From assembly GCA_049890135.1 (NCBI GenBank), contig JBMHCB010000006.1, positions 47,607 to 111,606 on the forward strand: DNA of 64,000 nucleotides, written 5' to 3'. The notes under the pieces were generated by a model. That model had not been told where the DNA came from. It saw only the letters and a program-made list of their open reading frames with translations, and did no database searches. Positions 57,104 through 64,000 of this stretch are shown here, one piece after another. Positions within the stretch are counted from its first letter, which is position 1. The number at the start of each line of letters is the position of its first letter. Made by a program: the position numbers and the translations under genes. The DNA is from Porticoccaceae bacterium. Lineage in GTDB: Bacteria > Pseudomonadota > Gammaproteobacteria > Pseudomonadales > Porticoccaceae.

Positions 57104-58108
57104 ATGAAATCACAGGTGTTAGATATTCGCGCTGTTCCTACTAATATTATCACCGGTTTTCTAGGTGTAGGTAAGACATCAGCTATCTTGCATTTGCTTA
57201 AGAGTAAGCCAAATAATGAGCGTTGGGCCGTACTGGTTAATGAATTTGGTGAAATTGGGGTAGATGGTGCATTAGTCCAAGGCCAACAGGCAGAAGAGCA
57301 GGGCGTATTTATTCGTGAAGTACCTGGTGGCTGTATGTGTTGTGCTGCTGGTCTCCCAATGCAAATAGCATTAAATCAATTATTAGCCAAAGCTAAACCC
57401 GACCGACTGTTGATTGAGCCAACTGGTTTGGGACATCCAAAAGAAGTACTTCAAATTCTTTCTGCAGAGTACTACCAAGATATTTTGTCATTGCATAAAA
57501 CATTTAGCTTAGTTGATGCACGCAAGCTAACAGATGAACGTTATACCGAGCATGAAACCTTTAATCAGCAAATAGCAATTGGTGATTTTATTGTTGGCAA
57601 TAAGCAAGATCTATATCAGAATCAAGATAAAACTAGACTTAATGACTACGTAAAAAAAATAGGTCAAAGCCATGCGGAGGTTATTTTTACCCATCAGGGA
57701 CAGATTCCATTTACATTATTGGATGGTTTAGCTCAAAGTTATCCTCATTTAGGCCATAGTCACCATCACCATCATGAAATCAAGCCACTAGCCTCTGAAT
57801 TACCAATACCAGAGCAAGGTTTTCTATTTGCACAGAATCAAGGAGAGGGTTTTCAAAGTGCAGGTTGGCGATTTGCACCTAACAAGGTCTTTAGCCATAA
57901 AAAATTATTTTCATTGTTAACAGGTTTGTGTGTTGAACGTATGAAAGCAGTTTTTATAACCAATCAAGGTGTCTATGGTTACAACCTAACAGCAGATTCT
58001 CTAACTGAGATTCAATTAGATGACTGCTTAGAAAGTCGTATAGAAGTGATTTCAGATGCCATAGATAATAGCTTAGAAGCAGAGTTATTGGCCTGCCTAT
58101 TAGACTAG
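57104..58108 (+). CDS. COG0523-family G3E GTPase metallochaperone (CobW/ZigA/YeiR-like)
   Basis: 334 aa with the P-loop GFLGVGKTS, the metal motif GCMCCA, NKQD-like GNKQDL and the His stretch HLGHSHHHHHE. Confidence 0.9.
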   Translation: MKSQVLDIRAVPTNIITGFLGVGKTSAILHLLKSKPNNERWAVLVNEFGEIGVDGALVQGQQAEEQGVFIREVPGGCMCCAAGLPMQIALNQLLAKAKPDRLLIEPTGLGHPKEVLQILSAEYYQDILSLHKTFSLVDARKLTDERYTEHETFNQQIAIGDFIVGNKQDLYQNQDKTRLNDYVKKIGQSHAEVIFTHQGQIPFTLLDGLAQSYPHLGHSHHHHHEIKPLASELPIPEQGFLFAQNQGEGFQSAGWRFAPNKVFSHKKLFSLLTGLCVERMKAVFITNQGVYGYNLTADSLTEIQLDDCLESRIEVISDAIDNSLEAELLACLLD

Positions 58109-58109
58109 G

Positions 58110-58757
58110 TTATTCCGTGTAGGCCTCGTAAGATGCCATCTCCAGGCTGTAGGCTGCCGTAGCCATAAAGTTTTCAACCAGTGTTGTACTTAGTTTTCCA
58201 GATATCCAGAAAGGGTCATACAAAGTCTCTAGCTTTAATCCTTTCGCTGCTTGCACGTATATAATCTGATTTGGTGGTGGTGGTGGTGAATGAATACAGG
58301 CACCAAAGTAAGGCACTAAAAAAAACTCAGTGATAATCTCTTCATCAAATTCCACCGGTACAACAAATCCTGGAATTCGAACAGCCCGACCATTCAGATC
58401 TTTAATAATATTTGTAGAGACTAGTGCCTGTTGGTAACGATCATCACTGGCAGTATCCAGAAAATTCTTAATCTCATTGCCAATATCATCCTCAAATCCA
58501 CCGTCCTCTATATCATCGATATAACCCGGTGGGTTAAGTAAAGCATTTAAATCATCTTGCGGGATTAAGTCGTCCCACTCAAGAGTATCAAAAGTGATGG
58601 GAGTAGGTTTAATTGATACTGTTTTATCAATCGAAATCTGTGGCTGCTTGTTAGTGGATGGTTGAGATCTTTTAGTGTTTAAATCACTTCCCATTGCATT
58701 AAATGCAATAGCGAGTTGGGTTATTATCAGTGCTATAAAACTAATTTTTCTTAACAT
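58110..58757 (-). CDS. DUF3299-like periplasmic protein
   Basis: 215 aa with a signal peptide and a conserved C-terminal core: IPGFVVPVEFD...EFFLVPYFGACIHSPPPPPNQIIYV. It is divergent from the ABC genes. Confidence 0.72.
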   Translation of the reverse strand: MLRKISFIALIITQLAIAFNAMGSDLNTKRSQPSTNKQPQISIDKTVSIKPTPITFDTLEWDDLIPQDDLNALLNPPGYIDDIEDGGFEDDIGNEIKNFLDTASDDRYQQALVSTNIIKDLNGRAVRIPGFVVPVEFDEEIITEFFLVPYFGACIHSPPPPPNQIIYVQAAKGLKLETLYDPFWISGKLSTTLVENFMATAAYSLEMASYEAYTE

Positions 58758-59021
58758 AATTATTTAACATATAAGGTAAACAGCCAGAGACTAATTATGG
58801 TGATTGTAGATTCACTTACAGCAGTAAAAATAGAGTATTTTATAAGTCTAGCCTAGCTTCTAATTATAGGTAAGTAGTATAACATTCTAAATTTAATAGT
58901 TTGCGTTAAGCTTTGATGTTACCAAAACCATTTAGCTGATTTTATTTGTAGGAAACCCAGTGTATTATCCTGCTATGTCACTGTAATCTGAGCATGAAAA
59001 GCTAGGCTTTGAAGGGGTAAA

Positions 59022-59699
59022 ATGGCCATTGAACTCAACGATATTCGTTTCTATTATTTGGATCGGCCTGAAAACATAGTATTAAATATACCTTCATGGT
59101 CATTAAGCGCAGGTGAACAAGCCTTTGTTCAGGGTCCCTCTGGTGGAGGGAAGTCTACACTGCTGGGTCTTCTTAGTGGAATGCTCGTTCCGAGTGAAGG
59201 AAAAGTCACGGTTCTTGGACAGCGCCTAGATAACATGAGTAGTCGACAGCGTGATCAGTTTCGAGCAATGCATATCGGCTATGTGTTTCAACAATTCAAT
59301 TTGATGCCCTACCTCAATGCAATCGACAATGTGTTACTAGCCACACAGTTCTCAAATCGAAAAAATACTAGCCTATTAAATGAAATTAAGACACTATTCA
59401 TTGGGCTTAATATCCCAGAAAAAGAATGGAATAGGCCAACTCGTGATTTAAGTATTGGGCAACAACAAAGGGTGGCAATTGCTAGGGCATTAATCATCAA
59501 ACCACAGATATTGATAGCCGATGAGCCAACGTCTTCCCTCGATAGGGAAAACAGCGAAGCATTTATGAGGCTATTGATGCCAATCGTAGCTGAAAACCGG
59601 ATGACCTTGCTATTCGTCAGCCACGATCAGTCATTAGCTACCTACTTTACAAAAGTTGAATCTTTAGATGACTTTAATCGCGTGGAGGGCTTAGGCTAA
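59022..59699 (+). CDS. ABC transporter ATP-binding protein (MacB/LolD type)
   Basis: 225 aa with Walker A GPSGGGKST, the signature LSIGQQQRVA and Walker B ILIADEPTS. Confidence 0.92.
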   Translation: MAIELNDIRFYYLDRPENIVLNIPSWSLSAGEQAFVQGPSGGGKSTLLGLLSGMLVPSEGKVTVLGQRLDNMSSRQRDQFRAMHIGYVFQQFNLMPYLNAIDNVLLATQFSNRKNTSLLNEIKTLFIGLNIPEKEWNRPTRDLSIGQQQRVAIARALIIKPQILIADEPTSSLDRENSEAFMRLLMPIVAENRMTLLFVSHDQSLATYFTKVESLDDFNRVEGLG

Positions 59700-60943
59700 T
59701 GATCGCTAAACTGGCACTGCAAAGCCTAGCAGATCGAAAAGGTTCGGTTATGCTCTCTCTTTTAGCAATGACGGTCAGTATTTTTGTACTGTTAGGGGTG
59801 GAGCATATTCGTCATCAAACTAAACAAAATTTCTCTAGCACTGTTTCTGGAATTGACCTTATTGTTGGTGCAAGAACCGGCAGCTTAAATTTACTTCTAT
59901 ATTCTGTGTTTAGGATTGGATCTCCAACAAATAATATTCGCTGGCAAACATATGAGAATATTACCAATAATAACCAAGTAAAATGGGCTATTCCGATCTC
60001 GCTCGGTGATTCACACAAGGGTTATCGTGTGCTGGGGACCACAAAAAGTTATTTCCAACATTTTAGTTATGGCAAGAAGCGTCATTTAGCCTTTTCTGAT
60101 GGCCGAGAATTTGATCAAGTCTTTGATTTGGTTTTGGGTTCAGAGGTTGCCAATAAGCTAGGCTACAAGTTAGGGGATAAGGTCGTATTAGCGCACGGAA
60201 TTGCAGCAACAAGCTTTAGTATGCATGATGATCGACCCTTCACTGTTGTAGGTATCCTGGCCGCTACGGGAACGCCTGTTGATCAAACCCTGCATGTTAG
60301 TTTACAGGGTATTGAGGCCATCCATATCGATTGGCAACAGGGTGCAAAAATACCTAACAGTGGACTTACTCAAAGTGAATTAGAGCAAGTGGAGCTTCAA
60401 CCCAAAAGCATTACTGCATTTATGTTGTGTCTTAAGTCAAAAATTGCGACTTTTCAGATTCAAAGAAATATTAATGAGTATAAGTTAGAGCCGGTGGTAG
60501 CTATTCTTCCAGGTGTTGCACTCTCTGAACTATGGCGCATGATAGGTGTATTAGAAAATGCACTGATATTAGTTTCGGCTTTGGTTTTTATTGCTGCATG
60601 CTTAGGCGTTAGTTCAATGCTGCTAGCATCAATTCGCGAGCGTCGATATGAAATACAATTACTGCGTATTATCGGAGCGCCTCCATACTTTCTATTTCTA
60701 TTAATTGAACTAGAAGCCTTTCTGATTACTCTACTCAGTTGCGTTTTTGGATCAGGTCTTTTAGTTGCTTGCTTGGCATTACTTCAGGATTATTTGGTCT
60801 ATCAATACGGCATACATATAGAGAGCAATCTTCTCAATCAGAATAGCTTATATTTGATTGCGGCTATACTCAGTGCCTCAATTGTTGTTTCAATAATTCC
60901 ATCGTTTAATGGATACCGCAAAGCTAAGTCCACTTTGTTATAG
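59699..60943 (+). CDS. ABC transporter permease, FtsX/MacB type
   Basis: 414 aa with TM1, a large periplasmic loop and a C-terminal three-helix FtsX bundle. Its ATG overlaps the ATPase stop as TAATG. Confidence 0.88.
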   Translation: MIAKLALQSLADRKGSVMLSLLAMTVSIFVLLGVEHIRHQTKQNFSSTVSGIDLIVGARTGSLNLLLYSVFRIGSPTNNIRWQTYENITNNNQVKWAIPISLGDSHKGYRVLGTTKSYFQHFSYGKKRHLAFSDGREFDQVFDLVLGSEVANKLGYKLGDKVVLAHGIAATSFSMHDDRPFTVVGILAATGTPVDQTLHVSLQGIEAIHIDWQQGAKIPNSGLTQSELEQVELQPKSITAFMLCLKSKIATFQIQRNINEYKLEPVVAILPGVALSELWRMIGVLENALILVSALVFIAACLGVSSMLLASIRERRYEIQLLRIIGAPPYFLFLLIELEAFLITLLSCVFGSGLLVACLALLQDYLVYQYGIHIESNLLNQNSLYLIAAILSASIVVSIIPSFNGYRKAKSTLL

Positions 60944-61011
60944 AAAGCTTATCAATTGAACTAATTGTTTATGGTGAACTTCTGGTTTCAATTAGTATAC
61001 AACGTTGATTG

Positions 61012-61233
61012 TTACCTATGCCCACGGCTTTTATTACTTGTGACCCCAGCCAAAAGCTGGTAAGAATTCTCCGGTTTAAATGTGCCGTGATTAAATAAAT
61101 TAGCTTGGTTTATTTGCAACCATGAGTAAAATTTTAATATTTCAGAATTAAGACTCATACCCACATTAAAGTTTTTTGATATCCACTCGTTGTGTAGTCT
61201 ATTTATTTCAGTGATTGTTTGTGTTTTGTTCAT
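61012..61233 (-). CDS. Orphan hypothetical ORF (uncertain)
   Basis: 73-aa ORF in an otherwise non-coding 770-bp stretch, with no recognisable motif. Confidence 0.3.
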   Translation of the reverse strand: MNKTQTITEINRLHNEWISKNFNVGMSLNSEILKFYSWLQINQANLFNHGTFKPENSYQLLAGVTSNKSRGHR

Positions 61234-61670
61234 AAGCTCCCATGTCCCTTAGGAGATCAAATTTAGTTAAGTCCAACACTAAGTCTAGATCACCAAAAGA
61301 CACTTTTTTGAAAATTAAACACAGTTTTTAATAATCTTGGTTGCCAAGTCAGTATAGACAACCGTTTGATAACCTTCTGATACTATTTCACTTTTTTCAT
61401 TAAAAAATTTAAGTGAGGAAGCTCACTCCTAAAATATAGTGGAAAGGACTGAGGATATGTACACGAAGCTATAAAACGCCAAAATTAAAATTAGTTTCTT
61501 AAATATCAGGTTTGCCCCGTTCATGTGTGAGCGGGGTTATAGCTACAATTTTTTCAAATTAGAACTTGGCGAGTTTTGACCCTTTGGGCTTCGCGGCTAT
61601 TGGCGGCTCGGTCTAAACATACTATGTCAAGTATGGTACCTGAGAAGATTCTCAACTCATTCGAGCAGCC

Positions 61671-61703
61671 AATAAAAAACCCCGCCAAAATGGGCAGGGT
61701 TTT
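61671..61703 (-). terminator. Rho-independent terminator downstream of tRNA-Arg
   Basis: On the minus strand, AAAACCCTGCC-CATTTT-GGCGGGGTTTT has one internal mismatch and is followed by a T-run. It starts 7 nt after the tRNA 3' end. Confidence 0.55.
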
Positions 61704-61709
61704 TGTATA

Positions 61710-61786
61710 TGGCGCACTCGGAAGGATTCGAACCTTCGACCGCTCGGTTCGTAGCCGAGTACTCTATCCAGCTGAGCTACGAGTGC
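61710..61786 (-). tRNA. tRNA-Arg (anticodon ACG)
   Basis: The reverse complement folds as a cloverleaf. The acceptor GCACTCG pairs with CGAGTGC, the anticodon stem is CTCGG/CCGAG with loop CTACGAA, the T-arm is GAAGG-TTCGAAT-CCTTC, and the discriminator G plus CCA are encoded. Confidence 0.9.
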
Positions 61787-61893
61787 GTAATGGTCTCATT
61801 TCTGAGGTCGCGTACTATAGGTGAGCGCGATCATTGAGTCAATATAAACCATGCTTTGTTGATGTTTTTTTATCGAAGTTATGTGTGTTTTTT

Positions 61894-62886
61894 CTATGAG
61901 GCTGGTGCTTCTGCCACAAACACCGCTCTGATGGGTGCCGGATGACCCTCAATGGTTTTATTTGAATCCTTTGGATCTAAAAACGTTTCCAGTGAATCAA
62001 AGGTCATCCAGTCAGTTGAGCGTTGCTCTTCAGTTGACGTTTTACATTGATCGACTAATCGCGGATTATGGAACCCCATTTTCTTCATCCAGCCAATTAG
62101 GGTGTCTGCAGAGGGTAAGAACCATACATTTGGCATTTTGCCATAGCGCCCCTGAGGTACTAATGCTTCACCGTTTTGACCTTCAATAATCAGTGTTTCT
62201 AAGACTAACTGACCACCATTTCTGAGTAATTCTTTTAGCTCTAAAAGATGATCCATAGGTGATCGTCGATGATATAAAACACCCATCGAAAAAACGGTAT
62301 CAAAGGCCTTTAATTTTTTCGGCATATGCTCTATACCGAACGGCAGAACATCTACCGGATGCTGTTCGCCTGCAAAGTGTTTGATGGCATAAAATTGATA
62401 AACTGATTTAGGCGAGGGATCTATGCCAATGACTCTATTCGCACCTTCACCTAGCATGCGCCAACAGTGATAGCCATTACCACAGCCTACATCTAAAACC
62501 AGTCTATTTTTAAGGGACTCAATATGTGGCAAAACACGATCCCATTTCCAATCGGACCGCCATTCAGTATCTATATTTAGACCATACAGATTAAAAGGCC
62601 CTTTACGCCAGGGGTGAAGGTCCATCAGAGTCGCCTGTAGCTGCAGTCTCCGACCCTTATCCATTAAACCAGGGTCGCCAATACTGACTTCATGTTTAAA
62701 ATCCATGGTTAATGGGTCGATTTCAGGCAGTCTTTCAAGACAACGATTCCAGCTCGGCATGTCACCCCAGCGTTCAATGCGAAGCTGTTCATTAATTTCA
62801 TTAGCTATACTTGGAAGCCATTGTGAAAGCGGTGAATTGGGCAGCCAATCAATCAGAGACTGGTATTTTTGCGATGGATCGGTCAT
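61894..62886 (-). CDS. cmoB: tRNA U34 carboxymethyltransferase
   Basis: 330 aa with the SAM-binding VLDVGCGNGYHCWRM and the conserved N-terminal region ...WGDMPSW...L. Confidence 0.9.
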   Translation of the reverse strand: MTDPSQKYQSLIDWLPNSPLSQWLPSIANEINEQLRIERWGDMPSWNRCLERLPEIDPLTMDFKHEVSIGDPGLMDKGRRLQLQATLMDLHPWRKGPFNLYGLNIDTEWRSDWKWDRVLPHIESLKNRLVLDVGCGNGYHCWRMLGEGANRVIGIDPSPKSVYQFYAIKHFAGEQHPVDVLPFGIEHMPKKLKAFDTVFSMGVLYHRRSPMDHLLELKELLRNGGQLVLETLIIEGQNGEALVPQGRYGKMPNVWFLPSADTLIGWMKKMGFHNPRLVDQCKTSTEEQRSTDWMTFDSLETFLDPKDSNKTIEGHPAPIRAVFVAEAPAS

Positions 62887-62968
62887 ATTGGCACTCTTGA
62901 AATAAGCCAGAATTATAATTGATTTTGAACTAATAAGATAAAATTACTGTATACAACTGGAATCATAT

Positions 62969-63193
62969 ATGAGTGATAAGAGATTAGATGCACTTGAAGA
63001 AAAACTAGCCTTCCTAGAAGCTAGCAATGCAGAAATGAGTGAAGAAATATTTCGTCAACAACAAGAGATAGCTGCATTGACAAAAGCGCATCATCATGCG
63101 CTATCGCGCCTACAAAATCTTGAGGATGCCGAGGCAGATATGGTTGCAGGTCAAGGTGGTTCTATTGCAATGGATAAGCCACCCCATTACTAA
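62969..63193 (+). CDS. slyX: SlyX-family coiled-coil protein
   Basis: 74 aa with RLDALEEKLAFLE...EIFRQQQEIAAL and the C-terminal KPPHY, typical of SlyX. Confidence 0.8.
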   Translation: MSDKRLDALEEKLAFLEASNAEMSEEIFRQQQEIAALTKAHHHALSRLQNLEDAEADMVAGQGGSIAMDKPPHY

Positions 63194-63213
63194 TTTTATG
63201 TTCGGAGTCATTT

Positions 63214-64000
63214 ATGACCGAAATAAATCACGCCCTTGAAGCTGATATTGATCGTACTTTTGCGGAACAGCAAACATACTCTCTTAGTCTAAGAACATCG
63301 ACCTGTGAACAGCGACTAGCTGTTTTGGCGAATTTTGAAAGGGTATTTAAAGCCTCCTTTGAGAAACTTTACAAAGCGGCAGCAGAAGACTTTTCTAAGC
63401 CGGAATCTGAGGTGGATACAGGTGAAATTTTAACCGTCCTCTCTGAGTTAAAGCATGTGCGTAAAAATCTAAAGCGTTGGATGAAACCAGTTTCCGTAGC
63501 AGCAACGGCGACTATGGTCGGTACTAAATCGAAAATATTAACCGAGCCCAAAGGGGTTGCTTTAATTATATCTCCCTGGAATTATCCGTTTAATTTAAGT
63601 TTTAGTCCGATGATTTGGGCGATTGCAGCGGGTAATACGGTAATTTTAAAGCCCTCAGAAATGACTCCGGCAATGTCTTCTGTGATTCAAGATATCGTTG
63701 AGCAGGCTTTTGATCCCAAGCAGGTTAGTGTTTTTCAGGGCGATGCAGCTGTTTCCAGTTATTTAACCGCTAAACCGTTTAATCATATTTATTTCACTGG
63801 CAGTCCAGCAGTTGGTAGACATGTTATGGCTGCTGCGGCGAAAAATTTAGCCTCTGTGACACTTGAGCTGGGTGGGAAAAGTCCGGTTATTATTGATCAA
63901 ACAGCAGATGTAGATAAGGCAGCAAAATCTATTTGCTTTGGTAAGTTCGCTAATAATGGTCAAACCTGTATTGCTCCTGATTATGTGTATGTTCACCGCA
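63214..64000 (+). CDS. NAD(P)-dependent aldehyde dehydrogenase (ALDH3-like), 3'-truncated by the window end
   Basis: This frame is not in the ORF track because it has no stop. From ATG 63214 it reads MTEINHALEADIDRTF...PWNYPFNL...LELGGKSPVII...NNGQTCIAPDYVYVH, with the catalytic Glu and Cys motifs. Confidence 0.85.
   Translation, partial: MTEINHALEADIDRTFAEQQTYSLSLRTSTCEQRLAVLANFERVFKASFEKLYKAAAEDFSKPESEVDTGEILTVLSELKHVRKNLKRWMKPVSVAATATMVGTKSKILTEPKGVALIISPWNYPFNLSFSPMIWAIAAGNTVILKPSEMTPAMSSVIQDIVEQAFDPKQVSVFQGDAAVSSYLTAKPFNHIYFTGSPAVGRHVMAAAAKNLASVTLELGGKSPVIIDQTADVDKAAKSICFGKFANNGQTCIAPDYVYVHR

Noticed and set aside
61576-61824. 82-aa plus-strand ORF covering tRNA-Arg.
   Set aside because: It overlaps the tRNA-Arg(ACG) gene and its terminator on the opposite strand, and no coding signal supports it.
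61894-62886. cmoB without an adjacent cmoA as a possible anomaly.
   Set aside because: Gene-order variation is common, and cmoA may lie elsewhere in the genome. The sequence offers nothing to support a functional claim.

Overview
This 64-kb chromosomal window is, judging by gene content, from a probably marine, AT-rich gammaproteobacterium. No database search was possible, so all family calls come from motifs read in the translations and family names are from memory.

Positions 1-34.9 kb are a dense core-genome block:
- fabB-fabA, ispB, the split transhydrogenase pntAA-pntAB-pntB, long-form purC, nadK and pepN
- a six-gene MoxR/DUF58/DUF4381/VWA/BatD ('Bat'-type) operon
- rmf, rlmL and the conserved string thrS-infC(AUU start)-rpmI-rplT-pheS-pheT-ihfA-merR-like, ending in tRNA-Pro(GGG)

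Between tRNA-Pro (34837-34913, +) and tRNA-Arg(ACG) (61710-61786, -), whose 3' ends face each other, lie about 27 kb of accessory-looking DNA in three modules.
1. A PUL-like sulfated-glycan locus (34988-51102). It holds four Cys-type sulfatases, a lipoprotein formylglycine-generating enzyme, a TonB-dependent receptor, a GH3, an unassigned right-handed beta-helix protein, a LacI regulator and a secreted 4-EF-hand protein.
2. An 845-aa secreted mosaic protein (51287-53824). It has four 123-aa tandem modules in A-B-A-B order, an acidic Ca-binding linker, a cohesin-like module and a C-terminal double dockerin-like motif.
3. A zinc-limitation cluster (54034-60943). It holds a candidate Zur box, a decayed COG0523 remnant, a His-rich DUF2796/ZrgA-like protein, zur, a SnoaL-like protein, a tandem PTPS/QueD-like protein, an intact COG0523 GTPase, a DUF3299 protein and a MacB/FtsX-type ABC pair.

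After tRNA-Arg come cmoB, slyX and an aldehyde dehydrogenase cut off by the window end. I saw no rRNA, CRISPR, integrase, transposase or phage genes.

The most promising candidates for new biology are the beta-helix protein, the repeat/cohesin/dockerin protein of the sulfatase island, and the PTPS-like/COG0523 pair.
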